Shown piece after piece: positions 22,601 through 37,029 of a stretch of DNA of 64,000 nucleotides. Position 1 is the first letter of the stretch; each line of letters starts with the position of its first letter. The notes under the pieces were generated by a model. That model did not search any database. It was not told the DNA's origin and saw only the letters and a list, made by a program, of their open reading frames with translations. This stretch comes from Dimorphilus gyrociliatus. Lineage: Eukaryota > Animalia > Annelida. The DNA lies in assembly GCA_904063045.1 (NCBI GenBank), contig CAJFCJ010000009.1:2604968-2668967 (forward strand), given 5' to 3'. Made by a program: the position numbers and the translations under genes.

Positions 22601-23553
22601 AAACAACCACCAATACAAAATCCCGTGATGCTATTACAAGCTCCATTTCCGTCTTTACATTTACATATTCCCTTACAATCTTGACCAAATTCACCCTTTC
22701 CGATCGTCTCACATGCTATTAAATTATTAACAAGTTCATCATTTATTACGCGAAATCTTTATATTATATCAACGTACGTGTTGAACAAGTTGCTCCCTTA
22801 TATCCAGCTGCACATTCATCATTTGGACATTTTCCTATAGCTTTGTCACAAGATGCTCCTCCTCTGCAGAAACACTTTTTCGTGCAGTCAGGTCCCCATT
22901 CATCAGCAGCACATGCTGTTTTTATAGTTTAAAATAGGTTTTGCTTTCGATTTTCTGATAAATGATATGATTACAACTCACGAGTTTGACAATTGTCTAA
23001 GGGGTTAGTCGGAAGCGTTTTCCATCCTGGCTCACAATTTGGTGGTGTACATCTACCAATAAAAGGGTTGCAATTGCTTGAAGCATGACAGTGACAAAAT
23101 TTCGAACAATCAAATCCAAATCTTCCTTTGTATGGATCAACACTACAGCTAATCGAACAAGTTGGACCAGCAAAACCTTCGGCACATTCATTGTTAAGGC
23201 ATACTCCTGTACCTGTATCGCATGGCTTTTTGTCACGGCAATAGCAAAATTTTTCACAAAATGGTATATCGTATAATCCGCTTTTACAGTCTGTTTCAAA
23301 GTATATTTGTATTAGGAAAAAAAGAGTACATAAATAAGATTGACGAAATCTTACCGTCACATTGATTATTAGTGCCAGCTTTGCAAATTCCATTTAAGCA
23401 CTTATCACAGTTTTGGCTTTGAACATCTATGAGAAAATGTTGATAAGTAAAGAAATATGAATAAATTAGTATAGTATTTAATGTAAACTACTCACTATAA
23501 ATCGTAAAACAAAAGAAAAGTGTAGTTATAAGTATCGAATTCATTTTAGTCAT
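19618..23553 (-). CDS. MEGF10/11-like multi-EGF receptor with TM helix, Pro-rich juxtamembrane region and a single degenerate tyrosine phosphatase domain
   Basis: Signal exon (MNSILITTLFFCFTIY), roughly 14-15 laminin-type EGF repeats (CxxGxxGxxC..CxC..C..TGxC), TM IYGGIAGGILAAILLIIIVGCCVY, PTP motifs KNRN, DYINA and VHCEDGNERSG. The last exon EQYKLLYE...LND* ends at 19618. Confidence 0.88.
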
Positions 23554-26500
23554 GTCAGTCGCGCCCTGCCTTTAAGGCCGAACCCTTTATTATTAAAATG
23601 ATATTAAAGGTTTCGTATAAAGAATTACTACGGAGCAATATTAAGCTAATATTTTTTTTTAAAATTCTTTCTCTTTCCAATTGTATAGTTTTTTGATTTC
23701 TGAATTAATTTTCTAGTTTTTCCTCTTTTGAAGTTCTGCTAATGGGAATTGATACTTTAAGTTAAGATTCATAAAATAATAAAATACATTTATTACCGTT
23801 TCATAGTTCTCGTACTTTGGGCGTGTAGGGCGGGGATTCGTGATAGAATAAGGCCTATTTCACCGAATATGAAGAATATAAATATTCGAAATTCCATTTC
23901 GATTAATTTTTCTTTAATACTTTCTTATTGGAAGGTCAATAAACTAAAGGAAGATTTTTTCTCTCTACAGTCGTACGGAACCGTAAGGATAATCGAACAA
24001 AATTGCAAAATGGTTGTTTTTCATGTAAAATAACATTACTATGTTCACTTTGCAAAAATGTTCGATGTTTCTCGCGGCACATATTGTTCACGTTTGAGAT
24101 AAAGTTTTCTGTGATTGTGTTTTGTCTTGGATGCTATTTATCTTATCGATTTTTAGAGAAAAAAATGATTTCTGTTTTGATAAAAAGAAAAATATAACAA
24201 TATAAAAAAAACCGTTTATCAGATACTAACTTCTATGAAACATTACCTATTGGGCTCTTTTCTTATCAGCCTGATAATAAAAATCTATTAAACATCAATA
24301 TATAAACTATACCATTTTATATTCTTAATATATTTATAGTTATTGTGTTCTTCATTATTACTTTTTGGTGTTACGTAATGACAATATGATATTTTGAATT
24401 TTTTAACGGCTCATTTGTCGAAAATTATTTCCGGTAAGAAATAGGTCAAATACCAATAACAAAGGTTATTCCCCCATTAATAATTTCCTAGTGCATAGCG
24501 TATTTTCGAATGGCTATACTAAACAGACTATAGCGATGTTTGTAAGATATTCTAATAGTATAGTGCTAATTCTACAACAATATAAAATACTTTATTTTAA
24601 TATTGTTAAAATAAAAGGTTGTACAATAACAAGAAAATAATCTTTTAATACTTTTTAAAAGACATCTTATTAATTAAATTCAATTAAATATTCTAAAGTA
24701 TAAAAAACAAAAATGTTCTTTTTACATAGTACAATAGTAATAGAACATTACACAACGTTTTATGTATAAATGTTTGGAAATATGACCTAAATATGCCGAC
24801 ATATTGTCGATTGAATAAATGTTCTATAATGTTTTATACGACATTCCACATAGATTTATATAATATTCTTTTACTAAATAAAAAGAAATAACTAATAAAA
24901 CTAATTAAATAAAGTTAAATAAATACATTTTCTTTTTTTGTTGCGTTCCCATTTTTCGTTTATTAATAAAACATTAATTTTTGTTTTTACAAGAAAAAAA
25001 AAACTTAATTACACAAAGTTGAAAAAAAATTATATACAATAATTGTTAAATTTCCATATATTGAGTATTAATATACTCAATATTGTACCTGCATCATTGC
25101 TTTGTTGTTTTTAATATAGTTTCTTAAGACAAACGAATTTAGCAATAAATCAATTCTAAAAATGATGGAATCATTGCAGAAAAGGATACAAATATATATA
25201 TAAACTTTACAGAATATTCTTAAATTAGTACATTGTTACATAATTATGAATTATCATGGATAACTTTATAAAACAATTAACTTCTGGACCAATTATTTGC
25301 AGTATAGGATAACAAAATTTATACTATATCTTCTTTATTATATAATAAATATCTAAAGAAACACTTTCGTAGTCCAACTCTATTCATTTATTAATCCAAA
25401 TATTGTTAATATTTTCATTATTAGAACTTAGCGAAGGTACAAGAAGAGATCTTCTTCATCTCGGAAATTGACACAGTCCTCGTTTAATGTATCTACGAGC
25501 TAATTCGGTCTTTCGATCATTTTTTTTTAGTTGTTAAAATGTCTATTTCTCTTAAGACGTCATTAAAAGTGGATAAGATAAGCTGGTTAGATCTCCATAT
25601 TGGACTGTGTAACCAAAAATCGAGAATCGTTTATTTATATAGCCGTTAAGAAACAAATAAAAAGGCTTAAAGAATATAATTTGATATATTTAATAAATTA
25701 AAAGAAACAAAAAAACCCGGTTTAATCTAGTTAACAATAAGTTTTTGAAAAATGAACTTTGAACCTAAACAGTTATTGAAATATTAAACCCTCCACTGTT
25801 GTTTACTTATTAGTTCTATTACGTTGTTGTCATGTTAACATTTTATTCTATAGTGGATAATAAATATTTAAATAGTTCTCAAAAGAAACCGATAAGATAA
25901 GAACAGGGATTGGATGGTTAAGAAACTTGTTGAAAATCTTAAAAATAACGCCATCTGTAAGAGAGTAGATGAACACTATGTAATAAGTTGACAATGTTGA
26001 CAGCAATTATCTGGAATAAAGTTTAACAAATGAAATACACTATATATTTATTTATATTGTAAAACTATACTAATTTATTCATTTTCTTTAACCTATAAAA
26101 ATTTTCTCATAGATATTCAAAGATGTTTTTTGTGTTGTAACTGCGGTATTTCTCCTTACGAAGGAAAATTTGTTGAATAGATGAAGTTCGAGAGGATGCT
26201 AGGCAAAAATGGAGAAGAACGCTTCCAACTAACTTTTGAGTTGTAAAAACAAGACGTTGATAAGAGAAATTCGTTTAAAAAATTTGCTAGTTTAATGCCA
26301 TTGTAAAGACGAAAAAGCCTATAGTACTATAACGTGGAACATGTCCTTCAAAATTACATGAAGAAGGTTAAATAAGAAATATATATTCGATTATAACGAC
26401 AATATGTCTGTTTCATTTAGTAGTTACGTCAATTTTTTATGACCCCTGTTAGATTATGTATTAGATAGCAACTGAATCTGTATAGTATCTATATAAAATT

Positions 26501-29500
26501 TCACAAAAAGATGTTGCTATTTATGAATGTGCAGATATATATATAGAAGACAAATTTCTTCAGCACGTTGATTTTTGAAATTGCGTTTGTAATTGTTATT
26601 GAAAGGAGGGGAATGCCTAGTAGTAGTCGTAGTGTAATAGGTCTAATTTGCTAAGTTGATTTATATGAATATTCTTGAATTTGTAAGTGATAAATGTTTA
26701 AAGTATCTTAGTTTTACTTGTTTTCTGTCATTAAACTATCAATGATATATTAATTGAATATTGACAGTTTCTATTCAAGGAATAGCCACGTTAGTTGATA
26801 TAGGATACTTACCATATACGTACAAAGAGTGATTACTAATATATTGAAATTTATTCAACAGATAATGAATACTCTAAACCTTCCATCTTTCACTTCAAAC
26901 AAACATTTATTCTATTTAGTTCGTTTACCGACAGATGTCTCTTTACTTTTTTCAGTGTTTTAAACTTGTAAAAACAAATACTGGATTTGAAAAAAAAGAT
27001 GGAGTTTAATAGTTTCTATAAAATTATTAAAAATCAAAGAAAAACAACTGATAAATGTATATTATTTATTAAAGAATAATTACAGAATAAAGGTATTTAT
27101 AGTAGAAAGAAAAAAAATGACTTCAAATGTATATACGGTCAAAGTTTAATAATAGAAATATAGAAACATTAATGATGATAATTTGTAGGAAAGGTAAAAG
27201 ATAGTTAAAAAAACATAAATGAAAACCTCTATATACTTTTTATATTTTCATCTATAAATAATTATTTGAATGAAAGATAAAGCTACTCTTCTTATTTTGC
27301 TTTAAAAATGAGAATTTTAATATAGATTTGGTACTGAATTCTTATTTTATAGATTTAATTAGTATATTTATTATATAGACTGTTGATGAGTTTTCATTAG
27401 TGAACAGAGAAGAAATCTTTCATTCAAGAATAATCAAGGAAGCACCATTTCAAAACTTTACCTTAATTGATAAGATACATCATAAAAATATGATAACATT
27501 CTACGAAAAGTACAGCTTAAGATGACATGGAGTGCTTTTATCAAATACTTACCTACGGCAATAAGCTGTAATTATTCTATATATAACATATCTATAAATT
27601 ATTTCTCCGGATATTTTTATATACTATAAATAAAGAATATGGTTCTGAAATGATGCATTATGATATTCTTATTAATTAAATATGATAACAACTAACTTAA
27701 TGAAGAAATAATAATAGACTTACGGAGAAGGACGGAAATGAAAAGGGAGATAAAAATTTTTCTAATGAACTCGAATTAGACAAGGAGAGGAAACAGTTTG
27801 AAAGATATTAATTATATAGAAAGAATTGTGTAAATCCTCCAAGTAGATTAAACTTATGTAAAAGTTACTTCTCTTCCCCCTCTCTTTCTCTCTCTATCTC
27901 TCTCACACTTTCTGTCATTCCTAACGTATCAATCCAACAAGACAAAAATAACATTACTTAAAAAAGTCTAAAGCTCACTTAGGGCTAAATAACGAATTAT
28001 GACGTACTTTCAGTTTGCCCATATATCTCTGCGTGTATATATATATTTGTATTTCTTTCTAAAACATTATCATCATTCATTCATTCATTTATTCCATCGA
28101 AAACTCTTCATTTTTTGAAAATACCTCAAGTCAGGGACTTTGAGGAGTTTATCTCCAAATTGATAAGAAGTATATGCTGTGTATAATATATCTCTTTAAA
28201 AGGAAAAGAACATAGCTGTAATATCTTAAAGTGTTTCTTAATAATCTACATATTTAGAAGAGAGGCAGGAGAGGCTCTTTTTTTATTATTCATTTATAAA
28301 TTTATACACATTCTATTTATTCCTTAAACTATCCGCATTCGTCTAATGCCTCGTTTTTGTTACTAAAAAAACATTGCATTAATGAGAGATTAAAATAGAC
28401 TTTTCACATTAAATGGAAGGCGTCGCTTATATGAAAAAGTTAATAGCCTGAAATGAGAACAATACAGTATAAATAGGCTTAGAAACCTATGACGCCTTAA
28501 GAAAATAAGAAAATTTTCTTCGTAATCAAATTATTGGATAATAGCCACTAATTTATGTTTTATGAACATATAATTTATGTAATAGAAGTACATCCGAATC
28601 TTATAAATAGCTTAGGTAGTAAATTTCAAAGGAGATAAAAGATTGTAAAGGAAAGAAACGTAATTGAACAGACCAATTAAAAGGCAAAGAAGAAACTTCA
28701 AGCACTATTAATAGACTAATTTCTATCTTATATGTCTTAAAAACATAGACGCTATGTCCTCTATATTTTTTACAAACAAGACAAATAAGGCAAAAAGTAT
28801 TCTACTACAAAACGTCTATAAGTTTAAATACTCAATTAAAAATAGGTAAGAGCGTTTACAAACAATAAACAAACAAGCAGATCTAACACAAATAAATAAG
28901 TACATAAACAGAAGAATTATAAATATAACACTTTATTCCATAGTTTCTTCCCTAATTCTTCCAACAAATAGAACATTCTAATGTATACATTTGGATATTA
29001 AAGATTTCTCTTTTATGTTTCCGCAACACTTAAACATTTAGATATTATTTATAGAAGGAAAAACTTTAGGTAGACTTTTTTTCTATTCTCCTTAATAACT
29101 TTCTTTTAAATACACTTTTCAATAGTCCTATGTACTTAAAAATAATAATAAAAAGTAACGCTTTTACCGATCAAATGAATTCAACTATTCGCCTATTTTC
29201 TTCTATGTCTTTTATTATTTATTGTTTAATGTTTTTTTTTTTCAGAAAAACAAAAAATGTATGTTTATTAATAGAATGCAAAAAAAAAACAAAGTTAAAA
29301 GGATATAATAGTAGATGAAGGTTATAAAAAAAGAGAGGGCGACTGTGGGTGGGATGAGGGGGAGGAAGTTGAAAAATATGTTTGTGAGAGAATGAAAAGT
29401 TAAAAGAAAGATAGCAATATGGCAAGAGTATTGAAAATTGTCTTTAACTTTACTTTTAAGATAATAAATGTTGAGTAATTAACCCATAAACTACTAACAA

Positions 29501-29639
29501 GTATAGCAAATAGCGAAAAAGTTCGCCTTGTTTTGTCTTAAAGATATGTTATTTTTTACATAAACAATTCAATAGAACAGTCATTTTATTAGAATTCGCT
29601 ACAAATTGTGTTAATTTTTGTTGTGTAAATATAATTTTC

Positions 29640-30884
29640 TTATTGATTAAACCCCTCAGCTGTTATTGATAATTTATCATTGATAATCCGATCAATCTTA
29701 TCACGAGTTTCATCGGCTTGACTTATCTTATCAATTGGAGTCCAACTTGAATCGTACTCGTATCTATAAGCTCCGACATATTTATGTGGATTACTACTAC
29801 CCCACTCCTGAAAGAAATAAGACACATAAGGGCGTGTGTAATGAAAAAATTATGCAAATAAGTCTAATAGCTCATTTGCATAGAGCTATAAATAATAGTA
29901 GAAAGAGTGATAGAACATCAGAACATCGTCAAGCATGTTTAAATTATTCTTCATTCTCCTTATTTGCTCTTCAGCTCTACTTTTTACAAGTTGTGGTTAG
30001 TAAATAATTACTAATAATCTTTAATGTTAATCCTTTAAAAAATGTTCCATATATTACTAAACACTGTAATAAATATGCCTTCTATAAGAGAGAATAATAA
30101 AATGGAAATTTGTTTTTTCTTTAAATTTTTAGAAACTTATTTCCAACAACAACCAGCGAAAATGGACAGATTGAGGCGCAGATGGATTGATATTCGTCGA
30201 GCAGAAGCCCGACACATACTAAAATGTTTACAATCCGGTAATAAGGGCGATTGCAATTTCAGAGAAAAAATCTTTTGACCATTTCGAAAAGAAGAAAATT
30301 ACCGTTGGTGAAACAATAGATAAGAAAGTTTTGTTATCCGCCCTTCTATAGACGTAGTATATGTTTCCTGGTTTCTTTATCAAGTTGCATTCGGCGTGGT
30401 TAAGGTCTGTGTCTCTTTTTGCTTCTTCTAATATCTAATAAATATAAATATATACATGTAATTTTAAAAAGTACTATATGTGTAAAAGTGAACCTTCTAT
30501 TGAATAGAATGTTTTTTTTCTAAATAATTCTTAAATATCTTTGAAAACGTACCCTAAAAGCTTGTTCTTTCAAGTTATTCATTTGCTCTAATATAACCTG
30601 TAATTTTGTATTGACACTCATCTTCACCTTCGAATCGGACTGTATTTCGAGTTAAAGAAATCTTAATTAGAAATACTATTGAGGTGAGTATTAATGGTCA
30701 AACCTGCTGAATCTGATTCGCCAAATTTACTAAATCGTTCTCATCGTAAACCTTACGAACTTTTTCCCTACAAACCAATTGGAACTCCGCAACAGATTCA
30801 CTTAGATTTCCTTAAGAAAAAAAGTAGTATTATAAGCATAGATTAATTAAATTCTTTACCAATACAACCTTTATCAGACTCCAT
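29640..30884 (-). CDS. C1orf50: C1orf50 / DUF2452 family protein, 5 exons
   Basis: Spliced peptide [75 protein letters not shown] matches the remembered C1orf50 motif order. The ORF track shows only the last exon. Confidence 0.85.
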
Positions 30885-31301
30885 TTTAATCGGCAAGTTC
30901 TTCGATAGTTAATTAACAAAACAAATAGCGAGATGATTCCTTTCTAACAAGTTATCTGGAATGGTATAACATGCGTGAAAGGTCAAGGTTGTTCGAAAAT
31001 TAAACTTCTTCCGGTTACAAATAAAAACTGGTGTTTCTATACAAAATTGACATGTCTTAAAGAAGTTCGAAAAAGTGATAAAATCAGGTTTTACTAAGAT
31101 AAAAATCTAAACCATGTTATAGGCAGAAAGAAGAAAATTATTATCAAATTGATGTATACTAACTACGTATGAACGTCATAAAAAGGCTTTGAAAATGAAG
31201 AAGAAAATGTCTCCTAATAGTTTTCAAATAATCAAGTTACAAGGCTAAGAAAAATTATTATAATAATAAAACTTTAATTAATAATAACTGGTTGAAACTA
31301 C

Positions 31302-31315
31302 CTATCACGTGATAG
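31302..31315. promoter_or_regulatory. 14-bp perfect palindrome CTATCACGTGATAG (extended E-box) upstream of C1orf50
   Basis: Sequence read directly, about 420 bp upstream of the ATG at 30884. Confidence 0.4.
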
Positions 31316-31615
31316 TTTTCTTTTAACAGACAAACGTAATAGTACGTAAAATAGGTTGATCAGTTTCGAATGTTGTATTCTTCCATTGTTTTACGCCATT
31401 ATCAAAAGCATTTGCTTGTAATATTAGATATGTTAAAGACTTTTAACTTGTATTTATTATATATACAAAAATATATATTATTATAACATCTTTAACGCTT
31501 TATAATTAAAATAGTACTTCTTTATCTCCAATATCTCTATAACAATTTCCAATCTTTAGGGTATTTTCGTATTATTGCTAGTATTACTTTTTTCTATCAT
31601 AAATGTTGTATGTTC

Positions 31616-31648
<33 letters not shown>
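31616..31648. repeat. (TG)n microsatellite
   Basis: Direct dinucleotide run. Confidence 0.9.
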
Positions 31649-31649
<1 letters not shown>

Positions 31650-32936
31650 ACAACATACCATATGTGTATACTAGATATTATCTGTGTAAGAGATAGATGA
31701 CAAGTAAAATGATAGAACAATTGTAATTAACGGGGAAAATTTCCTTCATTTTTCTTCCCAAAGTTTATAAAAATATGAAAAGGCATACACTATACTATAG
31801 ACATTTCTCTTATTCGCTGGTTAAAGTCGATAAAACAATTTTCTAGTAAATTTTATAATTAGAATATATATATCTTTTATAAAAAGATTCCTTCCAAATT
31901 CTATAGCTTTCCATACACATTCTTAAAAATACATTAAAACAGTATACGTAGTTATGTAACATTTTTTAAATAGATTGTCTAGACTAATTCTATACGATAA
32001 AAAACGAAAAATGATAAAGTGTTATTCTATTTTTGTATTATTGATTGATTTTAGTTCAATTTTCGTACAGAACCTATTTTTATAAATAGTATAATAAGTA
32101 AAAAAGAAATAGAGATAGAAAGAGAGAGAAAAAAGAAAAGTATACTAATTGAATCATATTTCTAAAAATAGTCTATAGTCTAAGTTTTGGGAGTGGTACA
32201 AAATACATCGCAAAAAGAAAAGAATTCGACCTATTACTATTTCTTTATCATTCTAAAAAATTTTCCTGCTATAGGCCTTAAATATACAATGATTAATAAA
32301 AAAAAAAGTTGAAATTTTTGTGTATTTGTTAATTAAATGATAAAAGAATTAAAGAAAAATTCTATATTATTATAATTGTAACGATTTTCCAATAGTTAAA
32401 TTCCTCTTGAAATTTACGACGAATAGTTTGTTGAACTCTTCCAAATTGAAATGGCTTTCGTACCGAAATAAAAGAGAAATCAATACGTTCATTTATCACT
32501 CTGTGCATAAAATCTAAAGTGTTCTCTTTGGCAAATTATATATCAAGTAATTTTATTTTAACAACAATCATTATCATCTCCTTTGTCATTAAAATGCTTC
32601 CTTTAAATACATGTATAAATGCATATATATGCAATGTATAAATACTTTTCGCGTTACTATCTATACAGCTGTTTCTTACTTAATTTTTAGTTTTGCATAA
32701 TTTTAACTTTTAAACTTCTAAGATTTCACTTTAAAATTTATTTTGTTTAATAGAATGTAAATATCTGATAACAGTGCAGCATTAAAAGTAATAAGCAATA
32801 AAAATAATCAAAATCTATCTATATAGATTTAATTGCCAAGTATACATACTACAATGCATACGCAAAAACTGAGATTTACTTAAATTTGTTATTCTTTTCT
32901 TCTTTTGCAAAACCGTATATTTCACTAATATCTAAT

Positions 32937-34982
32937 TTAATAATTTTTACCATCGGGAAATTTTTCGGGTTGACGTAAGTTTCTATCTTCTATCCATTTT
33001 TCCCATAAAGATCTGACAAAGTCGGTGACCGTTATGGTATTTGTATTACAACCAATAAGTCTGAGTATAAAAATTCCATCTGGTCGTAGATAGTCGTTAC
33101 TGAATCTCTTAACATTTTCTTTATCGTCAGCTCCAGATTTAATTATTCCACCCAGTCTAAGGTGTTTACGGATGTAGCGTTGATTGTCAACGCTAGACGT
33201 TGTCCTTAAGATCCATTTGATTAGAGCTACTCCTTGAATAAGTACAAGGAAAATAATCCACCACCAGATAAAAAGGAAAAGTTTTTCATTGAATAAATTA
33301 ATAGGCAATACGCATTGAACGGTATATCTTTGAACGTTTCCCAATCTTCTTACCAAGAAATCGCACATAGTAACTCTCGGAAATCTCGGAGAGTTTGTCC
33401 AATCTTGGCCCAAAGAGAGCTCTTTTAAAACTTGCACACCGTACGCGTGAAACCTTGATCCCATAAAGACATCAAGGATAAACAGTTGTGCTAAAGCGTT
33501 TAAAATATAGAAAAACTTTGTAACCAAATAAAGGGACACAAGGTAAGTCCCCTGCCGTCTACCGCAGCACACGCATAATACAGATAGGCAGTTTTTTAAC
33601 GAAACTGTCAATTTACTACTAAGATAATCCTGAGCGTTAAGATAGCGATGCATTTGTTCCGTCATATGTTTTAATGTACTATCCCTGTTAGCAATCTTTT
33701 CTGTGTTTTGGAAGGATTCGGCTGATTCAACAATAGATTTGATATCAATACCCGATTTGTTGTTCAAGCTTCTCCAAATCAAGGTCGCTGAAAAAGATAA
33801 AAATTGACCTTTTCTATTGACTTAAGATTTTACTACTTACGAAGATAAAAGAATAGGGCCATCACTAAGAATATTATAGGTACCCACTGGTAATATGGGA
33901 TAATATTACGTTTTTCATGTTCATGGTGCTTTGGTATGTGATCATCAAATGGTAGGTAATAAGTATTTTTAATCCAACAATAACTGTTGGTGTATTCTTC
34001 CCAGCCGCCACTAAAATGAGCAGGTACCCAGCAATTAATAGGTTCGCCAACAAACTATAAGAAAGGAAAAGATAGTCATGTAATAAATATAAACATTCTT
34101 GGCTTATAATAACAATTGTAGAAGTGAAAAAGTAAATAAAAGAAAATCACGATCAATCAATATATTCCTCTAAGTTTATATATTTATTAAAGACCTCAAA
34201 TATAATTTTAAAAAAATAGAGAACCTGCCATTAAACAATACACATACTTTTCTCTTCTATTGGTAAAATAATACGCTATGTACTTAAAAAAAAGGGAATA
34301 ATTAATAATATTCAAATTACGAATGAAATAATACTACAGCTTCTCTACGTAGGTTTGGATAGGTATTTCTTTTTGTTTTATCATATGTAATGTAATGTTA
34401 TATCCTTGGGATTGATAGAAAGATATCTTTAATGCACAATATCTTCTTTTATATTGTACAACTTATTAATAAAGTAATCTTGATATTTGCCACCAATTAA
34501 TTTACATCAACTATTAAACAAATAAGTACACATACATACTGTACACACATAATTATAATTGATAAGACAAGTAGGCCTATTCTCAACAATAGGAAATATT
34601 ATCCCTGGCACTTTGAAAGATCTATTGTTTGGTAAAAATTTTTTATAACCTAAAAAAATTAAACTGTTGTTAAGAAAGTTTTTTCTCAGATCTTTTTAAT
34701 ACGTTCTTTACTAAATATTTTCCAATAGATAAATAATAGGCCTATATAAGGAAAAAAAAACAACTTGAACTTTTCAACTCGGAAGAACGCGTTGGTGGCT
34801 ATGTATACACAAAAAAAAAGTTGTCAAAAAAAAGCGTCATGTACCTGTTTAGCAGAAACAACTACGGCAAATACAACCAAAATAGCTGAGGTGAAACGAT
34901 GCGAAAGTCTATCAGCGCTAGTATCATCATTCCTTGACTTGGAGAGGGGAATTCCTCCTATTACCCCAATAATCTTATCCAT
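32937..34982 (-). CDS. Innexin gap-junction protein (exons 34982-34845, 34054-33841, 33787-32937)
   Basis: DDTSADRLSH, GEPINCWVP, YCWI, YYQWVP, FPRVTMCDF and QCVLPINLFNEK. All splice junctions are in frame. Confidence 0.95.
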
Positions 34983-36207
34983 GTTTCCAACAATCTGAAG
35001 AGTGGGAAAATAAAAAAATACTCGATATATTTCTTCTTTTCACGAAAAATTTTCTTCCAAATTCCTCATGAGAATGGAAGATAACAATAATAAACTTCAA
35101 TATTTTTAAAATATGCTCTAAACAATCAGAAAATGAAGATAAGGTACCTATCTAGCGGTTCGAAACAAAGCGATGTTCTTTCTGGCTAACACTTTTCCAA
35201 GGTATCCTTTTCCGCTCTGCTTTTAAATCCAAATTTTTTGGGACATATTACTACACGGAGCAGAAACCTGACTAACAGCATTGTGTGCGTGCATGACCCT
35301 TTTTTGACACCCAATACTTTGCTATAGTTAATACTAAAAATAAAAGATCTACAAGTATCTTAGTAATATAGCTAAAACTTTAAATATTTCTATAGAAAGC
35401 ATGAAATTTCAAGTAAAAAAGCTTTAATTATAGAGAAAAAAGGCACAAAATAAAGAATTAAATATTATTAAAATATTTATTTTTTAATTCAGTACATTCT
35501 ACTTGAATACTTCTGTTGTCCTAGTAAAAATAAAATACTTCAATTTTATATTAAACAAACTTATTTTACATTTTATTCAAAGTGTAAATTTGCTCTTGTT
35601 AAAGAGTAGAAAGGTCAATTTTATTATATAATAAGAGAGAGATAGAAATATCGGATGTTGTGCTTTTTATGTCTTAAATGAATAATATCTTCAGTTTTTA
35701 TAGTTATTTTTTTTTTCAAATAGTATTGTAACATTGTATATTAAATTAAGACTAAATAGGATGTAGATGATAGGGTTAAACCTACTTTTAAACTAATAAA
35801 TAATTTGCTATACTTATAGCAAATACACTTTGAACATTGTTGTTGTAAATAACGATTACCTGACAAAACAATTTGATTTTATATAATAAATTAGTAAAAT
35901 AAATAGATAGCTATATGTATTAGCTAATATATAATATTATTATATAAGTTAAACAACGGAATTGTACTCAGAATGAAAATAATCGGGGTGAGAGGGGGAA
36001 AATCGTTTTGATGGTGATATTTCCATGATTTTTTGTCACAATCTGAAAAATATATTTCTAAACCTTCATTATTCTGTAATTAAACTTTGCATGTTTGAAG
36101 TTTAATACTTTATCTGTTTGTATAGTAATTAAAATTAAAAGACGAATTAGGCGGGAAAACAAACTGAAAATTGTTCAAAATAGAACGATTTCCGTCTTTG
36201 CTTACTA

Positions 36208-36219
36208 TGCGCATGCGCA
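36208..36219. promoter_or_regulatory. Perfect NRF1-type palindrome TGCGCATGCGCA upstream of PSENEN/COX5A, with an E2F-like GGCGGGAAA at about 36150
   Basis: Exact consensus in otherwise AT-rich DNA, about 220 bp upstream of the PSENEN ATG. Confidence 0.6.
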
Positions 36220-36440
36220 TATAAAAAATAACACTGTTTCGCCTAGAATAATAATATAAGTCAATCTAAGCTTATCATTGAGTTATTATTATTTGTTTGT
36301 TAACCTACGTCATCTATTTTTGTAAAATTCAAATTCAAGGTACCTTTTAGATTATTAATTTTTTGATTTAAATGTCTATTTTACTCGAATACTTATGAGC
36401 TATGTTTTCGTGATTCATACACAGTTTATCGTTCAACGCT

Positions 36441-36746
36441 ATGGATTTAGCTAAAGTAAGCAATGGAGAGAAGCTTAACATATGTAGGAAATATTTTTAT
36501 GGTGGATTTGGTCTTCTACCTGTATTATGGCTTGTCAATTTCGTATGGTTTTTTCGAGATGCATTTTTAAAAGAGACATTCCCTGAGCAAAAGAAACTCC
36601 GTCAGTACGTAACAATATCGGGAATCCTTGCACTTTTTGGTATAGGAATAGTGGTGGCATGGGCTATTGTCTATCAAAAATATCGACTCGATTGGGGCGA
36701 AGCTGGAGATAGATTATTATTTGTTATTCCTGTTGGGAAACCATAG
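36441..36746 (+). CDS. PSENEN: Gamma-secretase subunit PEN-2, single exon, 101 aa
   Basis: EKLNICRKYFYGGFGLLPVLWLVNFVWF..W..GDRLLFVIPVGKP. Confidence 0.97.
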   Translation: MDLAKVSNGEKLNICRKYFYGGFGLLPVLWLVNFVWFFRDAFLKETFPEQKKLRQYVTISGILALFGIGIVVAWAIVYQKYRLDWGEAGDRLLFVIPVGKP

Positions 36747-36988
36747 ATCTAATCTGGTTTATGATAAATTACAATCGAATTTTATAATATCAACCATGAT
36801 TTATATATATTATATATGTATATAATTATATATAATATTTATGATCAATGAAAGTCTGTCATATGTTTTTTTTTTTAGTCTTTAAATATATTTTCGAAAA
36901 TATTTGCAACTAATCAGGAAGTTACGGGCGGGACTATTATAGGTTGAAAAAGAAAACTGGTATAAGCAAGCAAAATTGCCATTCTCCT

Positions 36989-36998
36989 CCGCCATTTT
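36989..36998. promoter_or_regulatory. YY1-type site CCGCCATTTT about 30 bp upstream of the COX5A ATG
   Basis: Exact consensus match. Confidence 0.5.
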
Positions 36999-37029
36999 GA
37001 ACTTAGAGGACAGAAAGGATTTTTGAATA

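Noticed and set aside
24003-24197. Cys-rich 64-aa frame (CFSCK..CSLCK..CF) reminiscent of a piggyBac C-terminal Cys-rich domain
   Set aside because: The Cys spacing does not fit, there is no ATG, and no transposase core or terminal repeats lie nearby.
25420-26310. Several short phase-1 frames with dibasic sites that could be alternative last exons of a neuropeptide-like gene
   Set aside because: No signal-peptide exon with a compatible donor was found. The frames are short enough to be chance.
35155-35166. GGTTCGAAAC B-box-like sequence
   Set aside because: There is no A-box or cloverleaf. It lies in the probable innexin 5' UTR exon.
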